A stretch of 64,000 nt of DNA, from the NCBI GenBank assembly GCA_053919585.1, contig CM132787.1. One strand, given 5' to 3'. This DNA is from Euprymna scolopes (lineage: Eukaryota). Positions 1-12,129 of this stretch are shown piece by piece. Numbering within the stretch: position 1 is the stretch's first letter; each line of letters starts with the position of its first letter. Below the pieces are notes generated by a model. It saw only the letters and a program-made list of their open reading frames with translations. It was not told where the DNA came from and made no database searches. The translations under genes and the position numbers were made by a program.

Positions 1-1730
1 TCAACTCTTCCTTCCAGCATTACGTTTTTCTTTTGCTCTCAAGCAAATTTCTTCAGATTCCTTACCTCCTGAGGGTTTTAAGTTTGGTAGTCAAAAACTA
101 GTGAGGAAGCTACATTGTCTCTTTGTGAAGATCCGTCAAACTGGAAATATCCCTCAGGATTTCAAGGTTGCATTAATTCAACACCTGTATAGAAACAAAA
201 GCAATAGAAAAATGTGACAGTCATCTCACTTTTACCAATTGCAGGGAAAATCTTGGCAAGACTCAGAATAATCAAACACCTTGTTGACGATATCTACCCA
301 GAATCTCAATGCAGTTTCTATGTTAGGCGGGGCACTTTATATCTTTTCCCACTACCAGGTTGCATAGAAAGTTCATAAGAATGAAGAGCTATATATGGTT
401 TTCACTGACCTTACCAAGGTTAATGACAGTCAACCATGCAGCTCTGAAGGTTTTGAAAAGGCTGAAGATACTTGACAACATGCTGAATGTAATCATGTCT
501 TCATGATGGAATGAAGGTATCTGTTTCAAATGGAGTCTTCAGAACCTTACCATGTGACAAACGGTACCAAACTTTTCAATCATGCTGAAATATGCTTTTG
601 CTGCTATAGATACAGGCGTAGAATTCAAATTTAGAACAAAGAGTGGTCTCTAACCAGCAGCGTTTCAAAGCTAAAACCCTCATTTGACAAACTTTCATTA
701 GGAACTTTGGTTTGCAGATGACGCTGCACTTTGTGCGATCTCGGGAGGAAGCGTAATTGCTTGTAGTCTGGTTTTCCATTGCTTGCAAGACTTTTGCTCT
801 GACAATCAGCATCAATAAAACTGAAGTGATTCACCAACCTCACCCCGCATCAAAATAAGTTTAGTGCATAAAGTGGTGGCCACCAGTACACGGCTTTCCC
901 AATACGAGTGGATTGGGAAGATCTGAAATATGTAAAATCTTTACCTATATTGGTAGTAAGATATATTGGCATGCTTCTCTTGATGAAATCATTAATCGAA
1001 TTGCGAAATCAACTACTTTTGAGAAACGGCAATCGGTAAAGGAATGATGTGGGTGAGGATTAGCTTAAGAACTAAAGTACTTGTGTATAAAGCAGTTGTG
1101 TTAACTGCTTTATGGATTGGAATAATGGGCAGACTATCGCAATCACACCCAGAAACTTGATACCTTCTATAAACTGCCTTAGAACAATTTGTAGCCTCAA
1201 CTTAAGCAATCAGTGGTTTAATGCAGACCTATATATGCTCTGCGGTATTGGCAGAATTGAAAGCTTTTTGATGCAATCAAAGCTACGTTGGACAGGACGT
1301 GTCTTGCATAAGGAAGACAACCAGATACCAAAGCAGTGATGTATGGCGAGCTCAACAGTGGACAGCAAAATCTGAGTAAACCTCTGCTTTGCTTTAAGGA
1401 CAAGTTGAAAAAAAATTTCACATGTGCAAATATTACTTTGTGATTTTGATCAAATTGCTTCAACAAAATGAATGGAGATCTACCTGTCAGAGGGGCATCA
1501 GGCAGTTCTATGAAACTAACCAACTGCATGCAAGAAATGAAAGAAGCCAAACATCTGCATATATCCCAGCCGATCATTCACTAATCTTCATTCTTGCCTC
1601 CATTGTGGGCTTGTTTGCAGATCTCTTGCAGAACTTTGATGCCATTTATGATTGAGTAGACGTAAACATGCTACATAAAATTAAACATGTTTAGGTTGTC
1701 AAGACTTCATACGTCGAAATCTTCGAGTAT
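1..1730 (+). mobile_element. RTE-clade LINE, decayed RT region and 3' end (cut at window edge)
   Basis: Frameshifted RT peptides: PEGFKFGSQKLVRKLH..IPQDFK..LY, YPESQC, FADD at 711-722, and QSKLRWTGRVLHKEDNQIPKQ..YGEL (ORF 1112-1339), typical of RTE/BovB-like ORF C-termini. Confidence 0.85.
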
Positions 1731-2599
1731 TAGATATATAAAATCAAAACCACTCATTTTATTCAAATTTTTGAAGAAACCATTTAAACTACCATTAAAC
1801 ATTTTATTGTACTTTTCTCACGGTAATTAATTTGATTATATAAAGAAGGATGCAAACTAAAGTTGTATTAAAGAGATTTTTGCCAATATTTAATTTCTAA
1901 TAAAGCTCGAACATCAAATTATCTCCTATTAGAGAAAGGCTTACAGATGTGTGACTGTTCCAAGACGCTGAGAAAGTAGCTTTCCTGATTAAACTTGACA
2001 AATGAATCTGCATGGTACAGCAAGGTCGATGGTGCCCCGTTTTGACATCCAACTACTCTAACATCACATATGTGCATAGGTCAAGTGCTGACACCCAGTT
2101 ATTAAAGCCACACTGAAAAAGCTTCCTCTATCCAGTGACCTTTTATGGCTTTCCAGAAACTACCAACTGTGGCCACTAGGATGGTCGAAGGAGAAGATAC
2201 CAAGTTTGGCACCAGGTTAGGATCATCAATAACTTTCAGTTTTCTCTCACCTAGCGACTAGTTTGGAACACTTACTCACATTCACCCTAAACATGTCATA
2301 TTGCCAATTGATGTAAGAGTTTACTATTTGGGACCATGCTTAGGAAAGATGAACTAGATATTGGTTTACATTACATTTAAACTTTGCATATCAGTACAGT
2401 CAGGGAAGCAAACAGCAGAAAGGGAAGTCCAGAAAGCTTTCTGGCATTTATGTACCTCATACATTCCAAAAGATATTTGTAAAATTCTAACCATCCCTTT
2501 AAATGCAATTGCGTGTATCTCTTTTGCACTTGGTTCACTGGGTGTATTTGTCAGGTAGTTTGGATATCATTTTCTTGCTAAACATGTTTGTCGGGTGTA

Positions 2600-3700
2600 T
2601 GTACGTCGAGGGTGCAAAAGTGCAATAAGTTCAGAGTACATTCCATTGAAATACTTGTAACAAAAGGCACTTTGCCTTTTTACCCATCTGACACAATATG
2701 ATCAGGGATGTTAATGAATATCAAGAATAAAAGTGATTTAAGGATAGACTCATGAGGCACACCCATAAATGATAACCTGAATGGTCTTATTGTCTAAGTA
2801 TCTAATTATATTTAGAATACGTTCAGTTATATTGTACTATTTCATTTTCATTAGCAGCTCTTTATACCAAACTTTATTCAAAGGTCTTAGATATGTCGAG
2901 TATTAGTCCCCGTCTTTGCCAGCCTTTTCCAGTGCATGGCATAGGAGTTAAGAGATGACCATTAAGATACCTGCAGTAGAATGACATTGACAAACAGTAA
3001 AGATTTAGCTTTTTCGAAGTGGTCTAGTGCTTGATAAATTTCTCAAAGATTTTAGATGTCCTTTCACTAAGATTCTTGTACACGGATACCATAGAGGCAG
3101 TAGTTCAACTATTAGGGAAGCAAGATTCAACAAGGCAGGTCTTGTAGAATTTGGAAAGTACAAAGGCTAGCTTAGCTGAGCATTTAAGTATAGCAGAAAT
3201 GAGATCAGGTTCACACGCCTTGGAGATAAAGTTTTTAATGATATCGTTGACACAAGGGTTACTTTCAGATTTAGTGTGGCTTCAGGTTGTATTTAGTGTC
3301 TCTAAGGTGGAGTTGGAGCCAAATTGCCGGGCAATGAGTTCCACATTCCAGGTTGCTGTGCATGCGACTTGTTGGATAGTGGAGGGATTGAGCAGGAATA
3401 TAAACTATTGGCCCATGTTAATAAAACCGATTTATTTAGTTTTGTATACTTCTATTAAAAAAAACATGATCTGGGCCTCTTAAGGAGAACAGTTTCTGGT
3501 GTGAATGTTGCATTATGGGGATTGAGGATTCTAATTAAGGAAATTAGGAATATTAGGTACAGTGAAAAGGAGGAGCATAAATCCCCTTCACTCCTATGAA
3601 GTGCTGTGTATTTTAATTATTCAGGAATTGTAAAATTTCATAAATAGAATTTTTGAAAGGAAAGTAGCTTTTCTCAGAGCTCCAACCATCTCGATTTTAT
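2600..3700 (-). mobile_element. CR1/L2-type LINE RT fragment, decayed
   Basis: Minus-strand translation gives CLVESCFP, LDISKTF..VWYKELLMK and GVP..SIL..LLFLIFIN; same type as the copies at 31.7, 34.6 and 40.6 kb. Confidence 0.7.
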
Positions 3701-3729
3701 TATTGCTTTGCTGCTACACAAAATGTTGT

Positions 3730-5580
3730 ATATCTTCTATGCATCTCAGCTACCAAATCATTTTTAGAGACTGCCGGTTTTAAGCCGGACTTCTACAAAT
3801 GAATCTGTTCTGTATCATTGGCAGTGATGCAAGTCAACGGGAAACGTTTGCAATCTCACTATGTCCCAGTCAATATGTCAGGGTTGTTCACTGTTGCCTC
3901 TGCTCTATATCCTTGTATTGAAGCCACTACTTCAGGATCAAAAGAGTGAGGAGCCAAGTCTTGTCCTTCATTGAATTGCTGTGCTTGGTGGATCATGACC
4001 CAAGGTTTCCACATTCACCAATAACATCATTGTATTGTGCTTACAAGACATCGAGACAGAGGTTCTCACAAGCCACAAAACGATCCCAAGAGTCAAAATC
4101 AATTGCAACAAGACAGTTTGCTTGCAGTTGGGTACCTGGAGTGCTATTAATAGCCTTCTGTCCCCTTTCAGCCTGGGGGAATGTCAGGTTCCAATCTTCA
4201 TGTTTGCACCAGATATTGAGCTTGAACAGAAGGTACAATCAAAGTTTGCAGCATCGATTAACTCTTAGATTAATTCTGGGCTCCAAAGAAGCTCCCCTTA
4301 AAGGGTGGGCTAGACGATAAACCTCGAGTCAGCAATATGTATTGGGTTCAGAGATTTGTATTCAACGTTCATGTGAGAGAATCTTGTAGATGCCTGACTT
4401 AGCATGCTACTGGGATACCCAGGGAATAGCCTTCCTGAGTCAAATCAGGACAGATGAAGGTGTGGAACTGTGGTTGATAGTGCCTTTCTAGAGATCATCC
4501 TCGATGACTCGGTTGTATGTACAACAGTCTGAGGGGTGACAGGTATTCAGAGAGTGCCAAGCCATGCTGAAAAAACTTCCTCTGTACAGTAACCTTTTTA
4601 TAGAAAGGAACTACAGTGAAGTAGTTAGGCAAGTGATGACTGGCTCAATTGGCCCCTGGGATGGTCGAAGGCGAAGATCAAACCGAATGTAATTGGGCAT
4701 CAATTATGAGTCATCAACAAGCGAGTTCTTGCTCACTTGTCGACTGGCCTGGAATCTACTGCCACTCAGTGACGCAATAGTGTAGACATCCAATTTCATT
4801 TGCTATGCTTTGTTTGAATATGAAACAACCAAGCAGGCTTTCTTTGAATGCCCCAAACCCCAACAGTACTGGGCTATGTCAACAGTGATGACTCGTATTG
4901 ATCACGAGTATCCTCACAATGTTGAAGGAGAGATGGACGATTCTCACAATCTTTCCTGAAGAGTGGATGACTGTCGACATTGCCTTTAATAGTAAACCAA
5001 GGTATTGAATCTTGTTGATTGGAATCTTATCGCATGCTTCAAACATCAGCTGAAGGTCAAGATCAAATGTGATAGATTAGATTTCTTGTTTGAAAGAAGG
5101 TGGATAAGCTTGTGTGCAGATAGTGGAGTTAAATACTTTTCATTGCCCATGCTGTTTGTTACACTACAGCTATTTTTATTTATAAGTTTAAGACTCTTAG
5201 CTTGTAGAGTGTAGGAGTTCACTTCCCTCATAAAAAGCCTCAAAGATTCCCCACAACATTTCCATTTCTTTTTGTTCCAGGCCTTTATCTTACATCTACA
5301 CTCCACAACCTCTTCCACCTTTTTCTTTTCGCCTACACTAAGATCCCACTCCCACTTAAAGATTACCCTGCTTGTCTTTGGCAAACTCAAATGCAGTATT
5401 ATTTAGAAAGTGTTTGGAGGACCTTATTAACCATTTTTTGTTGTTTATTATACATTCCAATAGAATGTAATTTCTGTAAATATTAAGGTTTCAATAAACG
5501 TTTTTAAAATTTGGGTTTATCTCAAGTGGGAAAAATCCTGAAATGAATATAGTATTATGATAAATGATTCTCAGTAAGTG
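3730..5580 (+). mobile_element. L1/Tx1-clade LINE, 3' half of ORF2 plus start of 3' UTR, decayed
   Basis: KINCNKTVCLQLGTW (ORF 4035-4268) resembles the Tx1 RT thumb KIN.EKS.GL.LG.W. A C-terminal Cys-rich relic ..AFFECP lies near 4800-4855. 5330-5580 recurs at 6045-6300 and 16795-17030, and a related piece lies at about 2040-2270. Confidence 0.7.
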
Positions 5581-7149
5581 GAGGACAGTGATGAGCAGAG
5601 AGAAGGAGGAGTGAGCCTGTTTCCACTGCAGTCACACCAGCCACTCAACCGCAGCAGCATCCATAAGAACCACAATAGCAAACTGACAAGGTCCTCACAA
5701 TTATGTCAGCAGTGAACAGAAAAAGTTCAAAAATTCTGACGAGGAGGAAGGAGCGAGCACATAGAAATTGTGCCCCATGGTTCCCAAAGAGATGAGCACT
5801 CTGAACGGGAGAGTGGATGTAGACTAATATAGTTCTTTCATACCCAAATACATTTTTGAATAGGATACTAGTTAGAAAAGGCGACACATTTTTGAGTATG
5901 ATCTAACTTTGAGAAGATGGGACAAACAGACAATAAACAGTTATGGTGTGTTTGAAGTTAGAGAATAAACCTAAACCAGTTAGGTACTGGAAGTTAAATA
6001 TCTCCTTGCTGGAAATACAATCTCCTCCCCACATTTTTCTTTTTGCACAAACTAAGATCTCACTCCCTAAGAGATTACCCTGCTTGTCTTTAGCAAACCC
6101 AAATTGTATTTAGAAAGTGTTTTTTTTTGGGGGGGGGGACTTTACTAACCAATTTTGGTGTTTATTACGCATCCCCAATAGAATGTAATTTTTATAAATT
6201 TTAATGTTTCCATAAAAATTTAAAAATTTGGGTTTATCTTATGTAGAAAATCCTGTCGAGTGAATATGGTATTGTGGTGAATGAGATTCTCAATAAGAGT
6301 TGAATAGACAATTTAAAGTATTAGAGACCAAGGATGCCCAATGAGACCTATTATGCCACTGTTTGGCTTTCTCTTACTAGACGGTCTGGCCCACTTTTGT
6401 TAGTCTTTCTTTAGTATGACCCTTGCAGGAGATCTGATCCTATAACTCACTTCCCATAAATCTTGAGTAACAACACTTTCCCCCCTCCCTCAAATTCCAT
6501 CTTCCCGGTTTTGGCACCACTTTTTTTCCTGAAAGCCGGTGTCTATGCTTAAGGTAACTCCATGCAGATTTAAACTATAATTTTTGCAACACCAACTTAT
6601 CAACCAGCAACAGAACAATGGAGGAAAACTATCAGTAACAACTGGGGGAGGAAAGATGCCTCAGCGCAGGGTTGATTGCATAAGTTGCAGCTCCTTTAAA
6701 AGGACTCCATCAAAAAAGTCACTGATTATGGGACGTAACCCCCAGGAAGAAGACAACCAAGTGGAGGAGCCTTGAAAGGATGCTAACAGATGCTTCTTTT
6801 CTAAAATAAAGCTCCCCAAAGGATGGAGCAAATTTTCAAAATGACTGGTGTACCGTCCGGATATTGATAACTTAGGATGAGGAGTCTTATAAGGGCTCTT
6901 ATGAAGAAGCTGTTCCAATAAAAGACAGCTCTCCAAAGGGAGCTAAAACACTCAATAGGGTATACCACCCAGATTTTAACCCAACACAAGGAACCTCAAA
7001 AGGACTCTCAAAAGGACTCTTTCAAAGAGACTGCTGCTAAGGACAGCTACCCATCGACTGGATCACGACGGGTCTTACTGCATGGAAGATTCGTCTATTT
7101 TAACTAAAAGATATTGGGACATTGAATATCAATTGAAAACATTGAAATT

Positions 7150-7188
<39 letters not shown>
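5580..7188 (+). mobile_element. Internally deleted L1/Tx1-type element (ORF1 tail, endonuclease end, long 3' UTR, poly(A))
   Basis: VRYWKLNISLL at about 5980-6012 (post-endonuclease GYWKLN motif) joins directly to 3' UTR sequence and ends in poly(A) at 7154-7188. Near-colinear with 16453-17780. Confidence 0.7.
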
Positions 7189-7191
<3 letters not shown>

Positions 7192-7807
7192 CTACATTCC
7201 TCATACATTAATATTTTTATTCCGTTTTAAAATGGATAAAACATTTAAGTGTTTGCTATTTACCTAGCAGTTTTTAGTGTTTAAAACCATTTTAAAACAT
7301 TTATTCGGTTCCAAAACGAGTAGTGTGGAGCGTTATGTGAAAACAAGAAAGCGTGTCCTACATGAGGATCACATCTTGGAAGTCTCGTTAAAGTTGTTAA
7401 GTATCACTTTTTTTTTTTTTTAAATCTTTAGAAATTTTGATCAGAAATTGTATCCACTAGAATGCTTAATTGATCTTCATAGTTCGAACTGGGTTTTCTC
7501 CATTTATAAATCATGGCTTAATAAAACAATACATCTTGATGTTAAATTTTTAGTAAAATAAAATTTAAAAAATACTTTACGTGATTTTAAATATGACATT
7601 TTTTTTTTCGAGTGTTACGTAAGAAAATATTCGATACTGTAGGATCATTTTCATAAAACAAACACCGTGAATATTTATTTTTTCATGTTTAAATGTAGTT
7701 ACGTTTCTATTTAGGCATTCGCTTTATTATGTATTGAAATCAAAATTCGACCACCAAAATTTTATTAAAATCTTGAATATCTAATCTCAACGTATCTATA
7801 ATGTTAA

Positions 7808-8913
7808 TAGGGACTGCCAAACGATTGTGGAGATTGAACCGCATGTTTCCATGACGTCAGATTTGTGTGTACTATATGAACTATGGAAAAGCAGAAGCAA
7901 CTTAATGATTTTAAAACCTTTATCTTCAAACTGCAATTAATAATTAATCTTTATTATTTTGTTAGGTTTTAAGATTGACAGTTTAATGAATATACACATT
8001 TGTATATTAAATATGAAATACGGTTTTACTGAATGTTCTTTTGGTTACCTACGGGCTTCCATATTTTGTTCAGTAAAAAGAGACAAAATGAGGCGGGGGC
8101 TACGAATTGCTTAATATTGTGCAATAATATTTTCAAATTGGTTTTAATCTGGGAATAAAATAGCTGACAAGAGTCGTGTTTATATTAAAACTTAATATTT
8201 AAAAAAATTTAAACAATTAAAAATCTATGTTGTAACGGAACATTTTGAAATAATGGAATTTTAATTGTTTTAATCTTAAAAATTAATGTTTACGAAGTTT
8301 CTTTTTCTTGGCAATTTCAACTGATTATAGTATATATTCGAAAAACGCTATTCAAAAAAAAAAAAAATATTAAGTTTATATCAGTTTTTTAATCGGAACT
8401 TCAAGGTAAATTTTTGTTCAATATGTGTATTTAAATTTAAAAAATTTAAATTTTTTTACTCATGAACTCTTGTTTCATAATAGAAGTTTGGATAGATTTA
8501 ATTATATTTTGTTCGAATTTCGAAAAATATGGGGGGGGGGGCACGCACTAAAAAATATTTCCCCTCGTATATTTTACGAAAGTTGCATTTTATATGCAAG
8601 TTCATTCTAAAATGGATAAGTATCGAAAATTTTACGAAAATCTGATCATTTTTGCTAGATTTATTAATTACATGTATGTTTTCACGTTCGGAATGTCTAC
8701 TATACGGGAATGTTATTTTAAAGGGCCAATTATGTAAACACGATTTTCGTCTCGCAATTTCATTTTCGTTCGATGAAAAAAAAATTTTTTTTTTTAATTA
8801 TTACTGGTTTATTTTGCTCTTTTAAATGGTACAAAAGTTATACTGATAATTTATAAAGTTACATCGTGTTACATATAGGGTGGGGTAATTCTGTGGTGAC
8901 TTGGCAGTCCCTA
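7808..8913. mobile_element. Non-autonomous DNA transposon (hAT-like TAGGG termini)
   Basis: Perfect 13-bp TIRs TAGGGACTGCCAA (7808-7820) and TTGGCAGTCCCTA (8901-8913). No clean 8-bp TSD. Absent from duplication copy 2. Confidence 0.6.
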
Positions 8914-9152
8914 GTGAACAAAATGCATTTTTTTTGTTCTGTGGTGGCAAGAGAATCTCACGTTTCTGATTAGCTATTTAAGATTTAAATAATCTGCAGT
9001 TCTATATTGATAGTTCGACATTTTTGTATGTAAGGCAGTAAGGCACTATTGTGTGGCGTTAAAAACCCGTTTAGGAATATCGGCGTTACAAGATCTTCAT
9101 TTCAAGAAAATTAATATTGAATTCATGTATTAGCAATTTTACTACATATTTC

Positions 9153-9200
<48 letters not shown>

Positions 9201-9224
9201 AAATATTTTTAAAAATATCTTTCC

Positions 9225-9304
9225 GAACATATACACAAGGATCTATTTGTACCCGGCAAAAGTGTCCGGTGCCGCTAACTACATCTGCACAGTCAATATA
9301 TAAA
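9225..9304 (+). promoter_or_regulatory. H1-family promoter relic (GAACATATACAC box, degenerate CTACGTCCGC element, TATA)
   Basis: GAACATATACAC 9225-9236, CTAACTACATCTGCAC 9275-9290 and TATATAAA 9297-9304, in the same order as upstream of the intact H1. Confidence 0.65.
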
Positions 9305-9386
9305 AAGCGATTGTTCGAAGTGTACACTCAAATTGACGAGTCTTCGCCTAAGTAGGATCTGAATAAAACCAATTGTCAAAATCATA

Positions 9387-9575
9387 ATGTTCAAAGAGAA
9401 ATCTAGTGAGACCGCCACAAGAACAGTTCGTGCTTTAATCGAAAAGATATACAAGAAAAGATATACAAGACCAAAGAAACAGTTACAAACAAATGACAAT
9501 AGAATCTCTATAGAGATATAATGATAAAGAAATTTGTTCAGTAGAAGCCACCCTGAAGTTATAAGAGTCCATTAC
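9387..9575 (+). pseudogene. Histone H1-like pseudogene 1 (3'-truncated, frameshifted)
   Basis: ATG at 9387. Mixed frames give PKK..SYKQMTIES..YNDK..SVEA, matching KHPKYKEMIIEAIATLNEKGGSSRQA of the intact gene. Truncated around helix II. Confidence 0.7.
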
Positions 9576-9598
9576 AAAGGAATTGCTTTATTTTCCCC

Positions 9599-9674
9599 GA
9601 ACATATACAGATTTATTTTTATCCTCCACAAATAATTGACGTCTACAACTACGTCCGCACATACCATATATAAA
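9599..9674 (+). promoter_or_regulatory. H1-family promoter (18-mer identical to the intact H1 promoter, plus TATA)
   Basis: GTCTACAACTACGTCCGC at 9641-9658 is identical to 58096-58113. TATATAAA at 9667-9674; GAACATATACA at 9599-9609. Confidence 0.8.
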
Positions 9675-9734
9675 CAGCGATTGTTCAAAGCAAGAGCTCA
9701 AATGAGAACGAGTCTTCGCCTAGGGTAGAAAATC

Positions 9735-10176
9735 ATGAGGTTCGAAGGAACATTGATGAAACCGCGACTCTAACAGCATCTGCTACATCCGAGAAAAACA
9801 AGTCCGAGCCTAAAAAAAAATCCAGTTGCAAACAAATAAGTGAATGATAAAGGCTGCTTAACAGAAGCCATCATGAAGTATATGACCCATTACCAGGTGT
9901 ATTTCTATCGAAATGTTATAACTCAAGTTAAGGTCACTGAAAGTTGGTGTTGCCAGAAAGATTTTCCAGGAAGTTACACATCAGGAAATCAATGTTAATT
10001 AAATGCTCTACTGCTTCAAGATTTTTAAATAATCCACGTGTCACAAATGGTTTTAATACAGAGTTGACAGTGAAACCCGTCGCTAATTTACTCAGATCTG
10101 CTCGGCAGAAAGCTACCAACAGGAAAATTTAGTCAATCTCCAGTTTTGACAAATTTAAATGGCCATTTGCAGCGCA
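9735..10176 (+). pseudogene. Histone H1-like pseudogene 2 (near full length, frameshifted)
   Basis: EAIMKYMTHYQVYFYRNVITQVK / SLKVGVARKIFQEV / ..TELTVKPVAN.. aligns to QAIVKYIMDNFDVSGYHKFVNLQVKKGLTYGVNNIFKV..SEFTLKPATE. Stop at 10132; decayed stem-loop GGCCATTTGCAGCGCA at 10161-10176. Confidence 0.8.
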
Positions 10177-10207
10177 AATATTCATAATTGAAAGTTCTAT
10201 TGTTATA

Positions 10208-10363
10208 CCCATTTACAATGCCTCCCCACGGAGAGAGCGAGACACCAGGGTCGTTTAACGTGGAGAAAAGGTACAAAAATAAAAAATTGTCTCAGTCGTC
10301 CACCGAAAGAATAAGAAATGGAAGTGCAGCATCTGAACAGATACTACGCTTTGATCTTGGCCA
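10208..10363 (-). mobile_element. U2 snRNA-headed short retroposon (SINE-like), copy 1
   Basis: Minus strand starts TGGCCAAGATCAAAGCGTAGTATCTGTTC (27/29 to the U2 5' region as recalled). Flanked by TGTTATA repeats (10201-10207, 10366-10372); the paralogous site at about 19051 is empty. Confidence 0.8.
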
Positions 10364-10629
10364 TCTGTTATAATGCAAAAAGTGATTGGGTTAAATTATT
10401 AAAGTGTCCTGTATAGCCGAGGATTGTTTTTGTACTTAAAAATTATGTGAATTGTTTTGTTAGAAGGGGATACAATAAAGTCATTTTTAACAAGTTTATT
10501 TTTCTAATTTATTACCCAAATTAGATAGTCAAATTTCTTAATTGAGATAATTTTCTAAAATCTAATAAACCTTATCGGAGGAAAAATAGTTTTACGAACC
10601 ATGCCATGTAACTTACGTTTTATTAGTAC

Positions 10630-11335
10630 GAACAAGCGAAGCATGCATGCCCCCCCCTTGAGTCCACAGTGAACGAGGCATAAAACTGATTAAGTTCAGC
10701 ATTTGAAACCCCCCCCCCTTTAGCTCCAAAAGTCCCCAGGGGACGGGACGTCAAATCCAGGTGAAAACAAACGGTGCATGTGTAAATTTGAGTTCTGCAC
10801 CATGCAAAAGAAATAACAGTCTATCATTGCCCCCCCTCCCCACTATTTAGCCCCAAACATCCAAGGTTTTTATATATTTAAATAGGAGTTCAGCACCATG
10901 CAAAACTGCAAAATTAACATACACAGAAAAATTGGGACACATATCGTAAAAAATGAAGTGTTTTTTAGCCCTAAAAGAGCCCCAGGGACACACCCAAGAG
11001 TTATTGTGAAGTATAGAGAAAAAATTATATAGAAACCAGTTAGTTACAACTTTTCAGAAAGTTTTATTAAAAAAAAGGTTGGTGCCTTGGATTTTTATAA
11101 GCACAAAAGTGTCAATTTTAGCCATTTTAACCCGAAAGGCACCTCTAGGAGGGCAACCGGAGTTTTCCTGAAAAATGCTCTTTTTTTTTTTTTTTTTTTA
11201 CTCGTATCAATGTTTAATGTTAGTGCAAAATTTCCAAGGCGTAGTTATTAAGTGTAAACATACAAACTGATAAGGGTGAATTTATAGGTCTACCCTCCTT
11301 TTTTTTTGGGGGGGGGGGGCAAAAAAAAAAAATCT
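10630..11335. mobile_element. Unclassified non-autonomous DNA-element-like repeat
   Basis: Internal subrepeats (AGTTC.GCACCATGCAAAA twice; TTTAGCCC..AAA several times) and a G-run/A-run end. No ORF. Confidence 0.3.
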
Positions 11336-12129
11336 TAGTGAACCCTTTACAAACTTGTATAATATAAATTTGTAAAATCTAAGCAGTATATATTCATATA
11401 TAACATTAGCATTGAAATCACCGTTGTATTTTTTGATTTAATATTCTAAATTGTTATGTCGACATTTTTTTAATGTGATATTGTAAAATTTTGGTGTTTA
11501 TTATTTTGTCGATTAAAAATGATTTGTTTCAAGATTTTACGTTTTCCGCTATTGGGTTTGTCTATTCATCCTATTTTGAATTACACTTAATTTTTAAATT
11601 CTTTATTATAACTCCAAGTGAGTTACAAATCTTTAATTCAGTCAAATGAAACCAGATATATTTCAATAGTCACTTACATTGATCAAGTACTTTTATATAT
11701 AGAAATTTCTAAATAGAACATCGTAATGATGCAGAGCACGATTTTAATTGTGATTGGTTTGAATCGTTTCCTATGGTGGATGAAGTCAACGTTCTCGCCT
11801 CCTTATAAAATGTGATTTGCTAAGCTAAAAATCTACTTGATTTATGAGATTTTTGGAATATGACATTGTTACTTTACGGTTACGTGCAAGGTTTTCTATA
11901 ATTTATTAAATTAAAAAAGTAGATTGAACTTGCTCGAAATTTTCTCCTTAGCCGGTTATATCTAACCTAATAATCTAATCCAATCACATAAAACTGTCTT
12001 TTCAAACTATCCTCTGAAACAGAAGGTCGCAGAGTTATGCTAGGCGGATCAAATGATTACCCCTTTTTTATGGACACTTTATTCTGATTATTTAGCCGGT
12101 AAAGTTAGACACCAAGGGATAAAAAAAAA

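Larger units (their letters stand above)
5580..10450 (+). repeat. Segmental duplication copy 1 (paralogue 16453-19120)
   Basis: Colinear diverged blocks: 5580-7100 with 16453-17780, 9115-10200 with 17791-19050, and 10366-10450 with 19051-19120. Confidence 0.85.
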
